From Octopus bimaculoides (lineage: Eukaryota), in the NCBI RefSeq assembly GCF_001194135.2, contig NC_068982.1, forward strand, positions 114,116,906 to 114,180,905: 64,000 bases of DNA. Reading direction: 5' to 3'. Shown piece after piece: positions 27,061-39,084 of this stretch. Position numbers and translations under genes: made by a program. The notes under the pieces were generated by a model. The model was not told the DNA's origin. It ran no database searches and saw nothing but the letters and a program-made list of their open reading frames with translations. Numbering within the stretch: position 1 is the stretch's first letter; every line of letters begins with the position of its first letter.

Positions 27061-27294
27061 AAGGTAACGTTCGTCACCATCATTATCACCACTATTATTT
27101 TTCGACATCTGAAAGTTTCAAGCAACTTTCTTTTGCATCATATGTTGCACCTCTGTGCTGTGAGGTGGTGCGTACTGCCTTTATTATTATTCACCTTTTA
27201 AGCAAAAACTCTCTAATACATTCGTTTATGTCTTTCAATTGAAACACTGTGAATCATTTTGGAGATTTATTGTTTTAATAACAAGTTTTAAAAT

Positions 27295-27642
27295 ATGGAT
27301 AATCGCATGTGGGGCGCAGCACGAGAGCGTCAGCGTAGAAGAAGAGAACGGTTGCGCGAGGAACAGCGGGTGGAAATAAGGAATCAAAATCGCGCCGGGA
27401 TGAGACAGAGTAGAAACGAAATAAGCCAAGACGACAGGAAGCGTGTCCTACGGCATAGAAGGGAAAGAAATCAGCAAAGGATAGAACAAATGAGCCAGGA
27501 CCAAATAAAAGTGTATTTTCAAAATAAGAAAGATAAAGATCAACAGAATCGAGAACTCGTGAGTCAAGAGCAAAAACAGCTGTACTTAGAAAATATGAGA
27601 AACAGAGCTGGATCTCACTCGGCATACCAGCAAACCACATAA
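27295..27642 (+). CDS. 115-aa R/E/Q-rich ORF resembling the repetitive N-terminus of Helitron Rep proteins (truncated)
   Basis: Uninterrupted ORF with periodic 'RERQRRRRERL.EEQR', 'RNEISQDDRKR', 'RELVSQEQKQLYL' units. No Rep or helicase motif follows; a (CA)n tract does. Confidence 0.45.
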   Translation: MDNRMWGAARERQRRRRERLREEQRVEIRNQNRAGMRQSRNEISQDDRKRVLRHRRERNQQRIEQMSQDQIKVYFQNKKDKDQQNRELVSQEQKQLYLENMRNRAGSHSAYQQTT

Positions 27643-27679
27643 TCGCACCAGCCAGCATCATCACCTCCTCTAAGCCTGT

Positions 27680-27721
<42 letters not shown>

Positions 27722-27779
27722 CACACACCTACACACACACACACACACATATATATTTATATATATTTCTGTTTATCCC

Positions 27780-27975
27780 CCACTACCATTGCTTGACAAC
27801 CGATGTTAGTGCGTTTGCATCCCTGTAACTTATCTGTTCAGCAGAAGAAACTGATAGAATAAGCACCAGGCTTACAGGGAATAAGTCCAGGGGGTCAATT
27901 TCTTCGACTAAAGACTGGTGCTCCAGCATAGCCACCGTCATACGACTGAAACAAGTAAAAGAATAAAAGAATACG
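27780..27975 (+). mobile_element. SINE family A, 3' half (diverged)
   Basis: Aligns to 1-198 and 46020-46203. Confidence 0.85.
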
Positions 27976-28104
27976 AGAAAAACGTTCCATACCTCTAAAG
28001 CAAGAGAGTTCTCTGAATATGTATAATGTATTTTAAGGCTAAATAGTCGTTCTGTTTACGTTTGCGTAACTGTGATATTTTGGATGGATTATATAGTTAT
28101 CAGT

Positions 28105-28296
28105 TTTACACTGAAATTTTGGTAGTTGGGGGCCAGTTGATTACATCGACCCCAGTGCGCAACTGGTACTTATCGACCCCGAAAGCATGAAATGCAAAGT
28201 CGACCTCCGCAAAATTTGAGCTCAGAACGTAAAGACAGACGAAATACTGCTAAGCATTTCGCCCGGCGTGCTAACGTTTCTGCCAGCTCGCCGCCT
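28105..28296 (-). mobile_element. SINE family B copy (tRNA-derived)
   Basis: Reverse complement of 28706-28927 (ggcggcgagctggcaga..gttagcacgccgggcgaaatgcttagc..ttctgagctcaaatt..aggtcgactttg). Confidence 0.9.
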
Positions 28297-28399
28297 TTAA
28301 CTGTCACAATATGGAAATATTTCTCATGGCAACAGCACACAATTTACAGATGCTTACATTTTTTTCATATTTTCCGTGAACTTTTCACGGATCCAGCTA

Positions 28400-28400
<1 letters not shown>

Positions 28401-28473
<73 letters not shown>
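28401..28473. repeat. (TAT)n microsatellite
   Basis: Directly visible; immediately precedes a SINE B head. A similar tract lies at ~49217-49305. Confidence 0.98.
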
Positions 28474-28474
<1 letters not shown>

Positions 28475-28692
28475 GGTGGTGAGCTGTCATAATCGATAGC
28501 ACATCTGATCGGAAAAAATGCTACGCAACACTTCTTCCAGCTTTACATGCTGAGTTGAAATTCCACCGAGATCGATCTTACCTTCCATCCTTTCGGATTC
28601 GATAAAATAAGTATCATTTGAGCATTGGGGTCGGTGTAATCAACTTATCCCCTACCTTAATATTGGTAGCCTTGTACCAAAATTTGAAACCA
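28475..28692 (+). mobile_element. SINE family B copy
   Basis: Aligns with 28706-28927; B-box-like tgagttgaaattcc; ends in an (ATT)n tail. Confidence 0.88.
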
Positions 28693-28705
28693 TTATTATT
28701 ATTAA

Positions 28706-28927
28706 GGCGGTGACCTGGCAGAATCGTTAGCATGCTGGACAAAATGCTTAGCGATATTTCTCCCGTCACTACGTTCTGAGTTCAAATTACGCCGAGGTCG
28801 ACTAAGCCTTTCATCAATTTAGAATCGATTAAATAAGTACCAGTTACGCACTGGAGTCGATGTAATCGACTTAATCCCTTCCCCCAAATTTCAGGCCTTG
28901 TGTCTACAGTAGAAAGGATTATTATTA
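28706..28927 (+). mobile_element. SINE family B copy (best conserved)
   Basis: A-box-like tggcagaatcgttagc, B-box-like gagttcaaatt, central aataagtaccagttacgcactggagtcgatgtaatcgactta, (ATT)n tail. Confidence 0.92.
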
Positions 28928-29697
28928 CTTCGTGCCTACATCAAGATGTTCCACTTTCCACGCGTCTTTTGAGTCACTTTTCCAAATATTGAAACAACAA
29001 AAAGAATGAAAAATATTCAGATGACCATCATTTGAATTGATCCATATTCACAGACAGAAGACTCCACATCATGTTGCCATGCCATTTTGAAACTTCTGTT
29101 TAGATCAAATCCAACGCGTGAATTCCGAGCCATTTGATCAATTTTCTGTGGTTCCAAATTCATGTGTGGCATTAGAGAGATTTTTACTAGTCTTTGATTT
29201 CTCAATTCTATGCAGATAGATTCTGGAGAAACATCTGCAGAAAATGTGGATAATTTACAGCAATCGATTCGATAATCCACGGCTCCATTTCAGTCCTTAT
29301 TTCCCATTAATAACATAAAATAAAATATATAATCAAGTTTGTTGACTGAAAATATTCTTACATTTTCTCTTTCTTTCTCTCTCTAGTACATTTTGTAACT
29401 GTCTCGCTCTCTCTCTCTTTCTGTCCCTCTGGTTCATTCTCTATGTGTCTCTAGCGTATTCCCCCCCCTCTTTCTCCCCCTCTCTATCCCAGCCCACCTC
29501 TCTCTATAGTTCGTTCTGTGTTGAGTTGGGTGACGATAGCTTGTTCTGTTTATTCTCTTTCCATATTTGTTTGCATTTGTTTTTCTACAGCTTATTTTGC
29601 GCGCGCGCATGCGTGTTTATGCGTGTGTGTGTGTGTGTGTACGTGCGCAGCGAGTTCATTCTGTCTACCTATATAAGGTTGGTCACCGGTTTCGTTA

Positions 29698-29748
29698 GAC
29701 AGCTTAACTAATGAAGCGGACGAACGGCAAAACTTCGAAGTCCCTGTC
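29698..29748 (+). ncRNA. Decayed type-I hammerhead ribozyme motif
   Basis: CUAAUGA-A-GCGG acgaa CGGC-AAAAC UUCGAAGUC-CCUGUC. G5 and G12 are mutated; palindrome ACTTCGAAGT is identical to that at 39301-39310; gacag/ctgtc stem I remnant. Confidence 0.5.
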
Positions 29749-29751
29749 ATT

Positions 29752-29969
29752 AATATTCTTTTCTACTCTAAGCACAAGGCTCGAAATTTTGGGAGAGGGG
29801 GCCAGTCAATTAGATCAACCTCAGTACGCAAATGGTACTTAATTTATCGACAGCGAAATGATGTAAAGCGAAGTCGACCTCGGCGGAATTTGAACTCATA
29901 ACGAAGCGGCTGACAATATACTGGTAAGCATTTCGCCCAGCTTCCTAACGATTCTGCCAGCTCACCACC
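29752..29969 (-). mobile_element. SINE family B copy
   Basis: Reverse complement aligns to 28706-28927. Confidence 0.9.
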
Positions 29970-30667
29970 TTACTATCATTAATATTACACTAAACTTGAA
30001 GTAGGTTATTTTATATTCAGTTAACGTTCACAGTTTTTATGCTTGCAAAAGGTTTCTTTAACTCTACCCCTCCTGCTGTGTGTGTACCTACATATGTACA
30101 GACACACACATACACACATATTACACACACGCACACACAAATATATATAATATTGGCATCTATACACTTGTTTGCGAAGGGGTGGGGGACGTCATCATCA
30201 TAGACCGCAAAATTCAGTTCAGTAAAATGCTAAGCCTCAGAACCAACTTCTATCGCATACCCACCTAATAGTTAGTATTGAAGTAACTTTTGGAATATTT
30301 AGGTCAATCCCAGCACAATTCCAAGAATAGTATCTGTATCTGCCACGTTTTTGTATCTACCTATCTATCCACAGATAACAAGAGTTTTGATAAGTTTTGT
30401 TTCGAACCCCACCACTATCATGACTACCACTTTTAGCTATTGTTTGCATTCATGTTTTTCATGGCATTAGTGGCTTTAAATTCCTTCATCTTCTTTGTCT
30501 TTTCTTCTCCTTCCCTTTTCTCTGTATTCACCATTCCATATCATGCTTTATGTCCATTGCTTTATATATTTCCATCCATAACGTAACAAAGACTAACATT
30601 CTGTATTAATTACACTATGTAATTTACTACTTTATATGGTTCACTACTTTATATAACCACACTAATT

Positions 30668-30863
30668 TACATTATTTACATTTGACGGATATTTGTCATC
30701 TTGTTTGTTGTTAACACAACGTATCGGCTGTCTTGGGGAAATTTCCTAAGGTATTTTTCGATGTTATTATTATTATTATTATTATTATTCAGGTAACTAC
30801 CTGGAATCAAACTCGGAATCTTGGAGTTAGTAGCCCACGCTCTTAACTACTATGTCATAAGCC
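30668..30863 (-). mobile_element. tRNA-headed SINE-like element (family C) with internal (AAT)n
   Basis: Minus strand ggcttatgacatagtagttaagagcgtgggctactaactccaagattccgagtttgattccagg has A/B-box-like motifs and a tRNA-like layout, followed by (AAT)n and a unique tail. Confidence 0.6.
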
Positions 30864-30869
30864 TATGGG

Positions 30870-31841
30870 TAATTATGGAGTGAATTTTAGGGCTTATAAA
30901 TCTAATATTCCCCTATCCTTCCTTAATACCGGTTGCCGTATGCTGTTCATAACTGCACTCGGTCTGTTTAGGAGGTTGTTGTGTCCTAGTATATGTGCTG
31001 CCTCCTTTAGTTTTCGTATTTTCCAGTGGTGTTCTCTGTCTATTATTTTAACTTCTTTTCACAGAGGGAGGTGGTCTCCATTTTTCCATTACATGATCAG
31101 CTATACCCGATTTATCAATATCTCCTCGTGTCACAGCTTTGTGATGTTCATCTACCCTTATTTTGAGGGGGATACATGTTTCGCCTTTGTATAACCTACA
31201 ACAGCTGCATGGCATGGAATACACGCAGTTTTTGGTCACATTCTCTTCTATTGGTGGTTTTACTCGGAGATATTTGCGAAGTGTTGTATTACTCTTGAAT
31301 ACTGTCCTGATATCATATGGGCCACATATCTTTTGTATCTTTTCGGAGAGACCTTTCACTTAGTGCAGACAGACTGTGGACAGTTTATTGGCTTTATCTT
31401 CTCTTTTCTTCATAATTGGAGTGGATAGTATGTTTTTGGGGGTAGTTGTTGCTTAATAGAATGTTACTGAGCTTGATCATTTCTTCGTGGTAGGTATCAC
31501 AATCACTACTTATATTCTTTGCTCGATGTTTTAGGCAGCGAGCAATCCCTCTCTTTACACTGTATGGATGGTGGGAATTGAAGTTGAGGTATCGTCCAGT
31601 GAATGTCGGCTTGCGGTATACGGATGTCCTGAATCCATACTTGGTGCGTGTTATTAATACGTCCAGGAATGCTAGCTGAGTGTCTTTTTCCTTTTCCATT
31701 GTGAACTGTATGGATGGCTTTATTGAGTTCACATGATCTAACAGCACTTGGACATCTTCCTGGTGGGGCCAGAGTATAAAGGTGTCATCAACATACCGCA
31801 ACCATAGGGTTGGTTTTAGTGGTGTTGAGCCTAAAGCCAAA
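30870..31841 (-). mobile_element. Penelope/Poseidon-like element, 5'-truncated: RT C-half plus GIY-YIG endonuclease, frameshifted
   Basis: 'LWLRYVDDTFILW', 'IQFTME.E....LAFLDV', 'VYRKPTFTGRYLNFNSHHP', 'CVYSMPCSCCRLYKGETCIPLKIRVDEH', 'KIRKLKEAAHI..LLNR'. Confidence 0.92.
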
Positions 31842-32259
31842 TTTGTGATCCTTTCTAACAATTCGCGTAACAGTTCGACGGTCCCTATCTGAAAGTTTTG
31901 GTTTTCTTCCTGAGTTTTGTTTCGACGAGGAGGTTTTTCCCTCTTTCTCAAAGGCTGTCATTACTTTCGAGACAGTACTTCTTGATACACCAAATATTTA
32001 AGCTGTTTTCGTTACGCTACCGCCTGCTATAGGAGCACCAACAATGTGACCTCTTTGAAAGTCCGATAGATCTGGCATTTTAACGAATTTTAATTACCTT
32101 TTACTGGTGATATCTGGAAAAAAAACAGCAATTTTAGCAAAACATATTAAGCAACACTGATAATAAATAAAAAAAAACAGAAATAAACAACCTTTAGACG
32201 GTTTTATAGATATTTCAAAATCATGATGCTAGGTGTTTCGATTATTTCTTCAACCCCTG
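31842..32259 (-). mobile_element. Tc1 transposon 5' fragment (TIR plus DNA-binding N-terminus)
   Basis: TA|caggggttgaagaaataatcgaaacac TIR at 32259; encodes VSKVMTAFEKEGKTSSSKQNSGRKPKLSDRDRRTVTRIVRKDHK; TIR similar to 51421. Confidence 0.85.
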
Positions 32260-32769
32260 TATATATCTATATCTATTATGGCTAAGATCAAGTTCTAATA
32301 TCTATTCTTATCAGTTTTATATATATATATATGTATGTGTGTATGTGTGTATATATNNNNNNNNNNNNNNNNNNNNNNNNNNNNNNNNNNNNNNNNNNNN
32401 NNNNNNNNNNNNNNNNNNNNNNNNNNNNNNNNNNNNNNNNNNNNNNNNNNNNNNATATATATATATATATAATTTCATTATGCTAGGTATTTACAACTCT
32501 ATACATTCACTACATATTTTCATATTATTCAGCCCTCAATCTTATTTACCTGTGTGCCCCTCTCCCCTAAGAATTAGTTATCTAGAAACAAAACAAACCG
32601 CAAAACAGTTTTTTTTTTAGTTTTTCCTTCAATGTTGGGCACTTTAAAAAGCAAGAGAAAGCAGGCTAAATTGAACATATACACAAAAATGTGCAGCGGG
32701 GTAAAGAACTTTTCTTGAAAGCAAATTACATTTAACAGCGTATTACATAGAAATGTACTAAAAGAAACT

Positions 32770-33205
32770 ATCAAGCAACAGAAACTTAAGCTTGTGGGAC
32801 ACTGATAGTGGGGAGAAAAATGAAACTGTACGCCAACTATTACTATATGGTAAAAGAAGAGACAACTCTTATCGAATTAATGTGCAGTAATTGCTGGAGG
32901 ATATAAACCTTGAAAAAACACTGTTGCCAAGATTACGGAGGGCAGAAAATCGTGGAAGAGAGTTATTAATGAGATCCGACAGCGTTAAACATGAAGTGTT
33001 TCTAAGAGTATGATTCTAATTAATTAACCAAGTTTTTTGTCTTTCTATACCAGCGTCCACTTCCTTATTTGATATGCAGCAGGAACCCTTTCGTGTTTTT
33101 CCTGTATTATTCACAAAAGTCTCTATCTCTCTTGTCGTTCAGCTATATTATGCTTCACCGATGAGGATTAATTAGACTGAAACATGCATAGATTTATGAC
33201 TGAAA
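32770..33205 (+). pseudogene. Possible PLE 3' end remnant with decayed hammerhead-like motif
   Basis: 'QKIVEESY..DPTALN' resembles the GIY-YIG C-terminus; ~170 nt later CCGAUGA..GAAACAUGCAU. Confidence 0.3.
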
Positions 33206-33749
33206 TGCTAGACATGTCAGAATCATTCACTACTGCATTCTGTATTAAATTATTTCAATTAATTAAATTTCTATGTTGTCTTCCCTGTCATTTCTCTATC
33301 AATTTAGATATTTGTGTTCTTCACAAAATGTGGTTTTAATTTATTAAAATTTCCTGGACTGACTCCATAAAATATGGTAGCACGAATTTCACTATTTTGT
33401 AATATATCCACTCCCGTTTATCCTCACTATATATTAACATATATCTTGATATTTTCTTCTCTACATACGTTGGCGTATACATGTTTCAACTTTGTCAAGA
33501 AGGTGCCACCTGCTGTCACAGAGAAAAATTCACTGAGAAAATCCACAGGTGCTAGGGCCAGGATGTATTTGTACATGATAAAGCCTTTGTATCTACATGA
33601 AACCTATGTTCATATTAAATCATGTGCCGAGTCAAACAAAACAGATTCTTTTGACGTGTATGAGAGGAATATGTTATCTGATGATATGCTTCAGTTCGCT
33701 TCTAGTCTGTAACATTACAACACAGAGAAAGAAATAAAAAACAAACAGA

Positions 33750-34560
33750 ACATGTCGGCCAGGCAAGCATTTTGAGCAAAGGGTATATGAACCAACACTT
33801 TATAGTCATAATTTTAGAGATCAATGTTATATATTCAATACAAGGTTTAATCAAAATGATATCCCTGATGTGTTTTTCCCAATGATCTTATGAAAATGTT
33901 GTTATGTACTCATCATCGGGAAAGCATCATTCTTTTGATGATAAATGTAGGCTTGATGCTTTTTTTTTTATTTAATGTTTTAAATACGTCATGAAATGAT
34001 TTATTTCATGTTTTTTATTTGTTTTTTTTTTGTTTTTTTTCATAAGACAGTTAAAAAATCTGATTGCTGCCCTCTGTCAACTTTGATAAAATCCAATTCA
34101 CATTTTATTGAATGTTATATCATTAATAATTAATTCCACACCATATTGAAATATTGATTGTCTTTTTCAACCCTGTTATCATTTTGAACTCCTTTTACTA
34201 ATTTCATGCCTGTTATTTGATAGAAATTTGAGGTTAATGTCACTTGAACTGTGTGTGAAATTTACTGGAAAATCAGAAAAATATTGAAGTGTAATAAAAT
34301 GCTAATGTTGATGCAAATTTTTGATAAGATTCCAGTTCTCTTGACCTGTATAGGCTGTCAAATGATGATCATTTAAAAACAATTTTACTTAGCGGAGACG
34401 TCTAAAACGGAAACATCTGATTATTAGGGCGATACCAGAATTTACTTGAATATCCTCTCAAACCATAATCGAACAGAGTCCCAGCTCTCTGCATTGGAGT
34501 TGAACTCAAAACGGCTTTTGAGAAGTAACTGCTTCAGAAAAAATTAGAATGTCCTGCGTA
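33750..34560 (-). pseudogene. Possible very old piggyBac-like relic
   Basis: Only weak fragments ('IKVD', 'IKPTFIIK..SLGK', 'GYHFD') in roughly the expected order. Confidence 0.2.
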
Positions 34561-36287
34561 ATGATCAAAAATAAAATTCTTTGAGGTATCATTATTTTTC
34601 TTTTCCAAAAGTGGTACAACGCAAAAGGTACCCTTACCAGTAAATCTTCCATTATAATTCATCAAAATTCATTTAATTTAGAGCCCAAAAGTACTTTCTC
34701 TCAGAACAAGAAACATATTTAAATTCTTATGATAAAGCATAATTAAATAAATCACTATATAATTAAGAAAGATTAATTATACTTATATAAATATTTGAAA
34801 TAATAACATCTAATAACCGACAGCAATTTACATTATGTTGGAATTTATAAACGGGAGCAACTTATATTATGTTATAATTTACGTTATCTATTAAATGTGC
34901 AATACTCCCACCTAACAAAACCAACAATCGCACACACTAATTATATTAATTACTGTCCTCCCTAACGAAATATACAATCCAAAGACCGAATGTTACCCAT
35001 CATACATATTCATATATACGACTGTGTAATCAAAAGGTTCGTTCTTATCTTCGTAGCTACAAAGCTGGCGGCATCTTGACCAAATGTCTTCTATGCACTG
35101 AAGAGTTATAAGAAGAATTTCGTTGATTAAAACTGTGCGAAATTCGCGCAGATAGGCTCTTCCGGTACTTCAGTATTATACTTAATCCATCACGTTTTTC
35201 AACACTACCACATAACCTTAGGTCACATTAAAATCTACTTAGTGGCAAGTATCCGGGCCAGCAATATCTCTACGCTAGGGATAAATTCTTCCTGTCCTCA
35301 TACAAGTAGGCCCTGCAGTGAGTCATGGGCGCTTTCTTTTCTTCTCTTGCTAATATATCTTAAATATAACATTTTTATGCCTTATTTGTGCTTATATGCA
35401 AAGCCTCTTGGGACATAAATAAACATTGTGTGTCGGACTATATGAATGTGTGTATGTATGTATGTATGTATGGATGGATGGATGGATGGATGGATGGATG
35501 GATGTACGTATGTTATGTATGTATGTGCAGATTTTTACGGTTCCAGAGATGGATTGTATCTGTAGTCTTCGAATTAGCTTTCTCCTTCCTCGGTTTTGAG
35601 AAGCCTAATTTCTCAAGATTGGTATTTAGGCAGTGTGATGCATGTATGCATGTATGTATGTATGTATGTATGAATTTATGTATGTGTGTGCGTGTATATA
35701 TGTATACACACACACACACACACAAACACTCATTTTATTTTCCCTCCCTCTCCCTCAGATTAGAGATGTCAGCCATAGTATTAACCGGGTATACTGGTTC
35801 TATGAAGTTTATTTTTTGCAGGACCAGAAGCATTTGCTCTTGATATATTCATGTTAGGATTCATCCTTTCTATTTTTACATATTCCGTTGTTACGGAATT
35901 TCCTCTTCTTGTCCAATAACTTGTTTGTAGTTAGGTGAAATGTTTTGTTACTAAAGAGAAAATATAACAGTGTGTACAATCATTAGCGGAAAACTGAACC
36001 TTATATTCTTGGACAAACATTTCGTTGTCTGTTGACAATTAGCTGTTTTACAATAGCTATTCAACTATGCAGTTCAGTCTTAGAAAAAAAAAACTGGTTT
36101 TTCATTCTTTACTTGTTCATTGGTGAGTAATGACACACAATGATTGACCAGCAGTGTGATTGTTTGTTCTACACCAACAGTTTACCTCTCTGACTTTGTC
36201 TTCCTCTCTCTCGCCTGTTCGACCCTTTCTCTTCATATTGCTCTTCCTCTACCTATCTATCAATCTATCTCTGCATAGATATGTAAA

Positions 36288-36366
<79 letters not shown>

Positions 36367-37340
36367 CACACACATACACAGAGAAATAGAAAGAGAGAGA
36401 ACGAATTTTACATGTTTGTATGTGTGTAAGGGAGAGGGCAAGAGAACGTGTGAGTGTGTGTGTGTGTGTGTGTGTTTGTGTGTGTGTATACTCACGGGAA
36501 TGACTGAGTTTGTATGCGTATAGGTACGTTTAGGCATGAGTTCGGGTATATGTAATATTTCTCTGTTTGCAGGTATGTATAAATGTATACAAATGAAGCT
36601 TTGTGTTTACATTGTAAAGCAAGTTTCGCTATTTGTTCTTTAACAACAGAGAAAGGACGTTCATAATGAGCTGATTCACTGTTGCAATTCCTGCAATGGT
36701 GGCTGACATATTTGATTCGTACTGTTTATCAACGTACTCGAACCGTAGAATCTATTGTTTCTTTCTCTCATCGTTTCCTTTACTGTCCTGTCAATTCATA
36801 CTTTATATGTAGTATTAATGTAGTCATCAGGATTTATAGAAAAAAATGATGCTTTGACCGAGAGAGCGGATAAGGTGTAGACTTTATGTTAATGTGCTCG
36901 TTTGACGTCACTGGCTTTACATCGAGAAAGGTATATCGCATGTAAATGTTTCATGCTACATTACTGTAACTAACGTGATTAAAAAGAGCCAATGTGTAAG
37001 CCTTCAAGGGGTTCTCGTTTAACTCCAGGTGAAATCAGATCTAGCGAACTAACGGCAAAAGAAATATCAACCGCAATATACCACTGTTGGCTTATCCAAT
37101 TTTTTTTAGTGTATTTCTAAAGTTGCATTATCTAATGACGGTCAGGTTTCATATCTGGTGGGCTTGGGGATACTATTTTCAATTGGCCAAATGAGCGACA
37201 AGTGAATGCGGCTTTCTACGTGGTCGTTCAGCCTGCTAGAAATCGGTCAAACCTCATTAAATGACACACTATCATCTTTAAATGGAAGATGATTACATTG
37301 GATAATATTTGCCTATATACATTACAAAAATGAGCTACAC

Positions 37341-37630
37341 AAAGTTGCTACGAATGACCCTAAATGTGAAATGACAGCAACATATGACAAATAGATGCCT
37401 TTATGGAGATTTTCTGAAAGTTAGTGCGAGGATGAGACGAAGATGGCTGCGACTCTCTGGTCACTGCGTGCGCCACCCTCGAATGGAAGCATCCAAATTA
37501 GACCTGTGGAACCCACTTCATGGTGATGTAAGAAGAGGAAAACGTCATCATACCTATATCGACAATTTGATTGAAGATATTGACCTCGAGGCAGTGATGA
37601 TGAACCGAGAAGTGTGGCGGCCGGACTTTT
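37341..37630 (+). mobile_element. RTE/RTE-X LINE 3' end fragment
   Basis: TNRCLYGDFLKVSARMRRRWLRLSGHCVRHP..ASKLDLWNPLHG..RRGKRHHTYIDNL..MMNREVWR matches the RTE C-terminal signature. Confidence 0.85.
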
Positions 37631-38877
37631 TTGTTACTTGACCATATAAATAAAAAATACATTACAAATGAAAGAAACGAGAGCTTTTATAGAGGCTACG
37701 CCTTTGTTCATTCGTCTGAAACTAGATGAGCGCTGACCTGGGTTAAACAACATCAAAAACAACAACAAAATACAAACTAATATATCGAATTACACTTTTA
37801 CATACGACAGAGTCGTTCATAAAGTCAACGTATTGATTAATACCCGTTAATTAACCTGAACCTTTGATAAAAGCGATTTACCCAATATTCTTGAACCTGC
37901 TATTAGATTGAAACCGACACAACATAGCTAAGAAACAAACTTCTTATCCCCCATAACCATTCCTCCTCCACTAAGTATGTATGATATTAAAGATTCCTTA
38001 AAATTGGATTATTTAATATATATTTTACAAAATGTTAAACATTGGAAAATGTTATATGTATTTCATAAAATAAAGTTGAAAAGTAAGTACTTTTATAAGT
38101 ATGAATGAAAACACCAATTTGTTCTGAATATTCTCCGAGATATAACATAAAACGGTCATAAGTCATTAAAACGTACATATATCGTTACAGTCATTTTTGT
38201 TTTAATAAACTGTCTATAACGTGTCAATATGTTTAGATACACTTTTACAGTATAAGTTACTGACTTAATCTCACTGCATCTCTAGTCCCCAGTTTACTCT
38301 TAAGTCTCAATTCAGAAATAAAATTGAATATACGATTAAACTACACCTTAAAAACGCATTGAAATTTTATGTTCCAGGTTGAAAGTGGTTCTCTATCTGT
38401 GGTGGGAAAAGGGTTACTCGTGTTTACTCTAAATTCAAACAAAACTTATGTATATTCATCCCCAGAAAACAAGATAATGTTAGACTACATTAGCTAACAT
38501 TCAAGTATTCACGAGAAGGTTAATCTGTGCAGCCGTGAAATAAATAGGGAACTCTAATGGGAAAGAGATTGCAAAGGAGTGGATTTTGCGAGCTATATTT
38601 ATCTTTACTTTTCTCGAAGAAAATTTCCCTTCGTCAAACTACTTACTATAAAGTAATTTCATGTCGCTGAATGCAAAGTTGTCTGTCTCTTTGTCTTTCC
38701 TATTCACTTATTTGTCCATATATCGTCCCATTTATCTTTCAGTATCCCGGCATTCCGAAGCTTGTACTTTAAATTGATGTATTCTCAATATTGCATTCTC
38801 TATTCAAAATTTAAATTACCAGAGTAGCATAAAATCTTCAAAACATTGTGCATTGTGTTAAAAAATAGCACAATATG

Positions 38878-39034
38878 AACAAGAGTGGTTGTGTGGTACG
38901 TAGCTTGCTGACCAATTACATGGCTCCGGGTTCAGTCCCACTGTGTGACACCTTGGTCAGGTGTCTTCCAGTATAGCCTCGAGCCGACCAAAGCCTTTTG
39001 AGTGGGTTTGGTTGACGGAAACTGAAAGAAGCCC

Positions 39035-39084
<50 letters not shown>

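Noticed and set aside
36780-36835. Minus-strand ctgatga motif
   Set aside because: It is followed by GAAU rather than GAAA and has no valid cleavage triplet or stems.
38378-38497. Acceptor-like site followed by 39 open codons
   Set aside because: No donor, no recognisable domain, and the length is within chance expectation.
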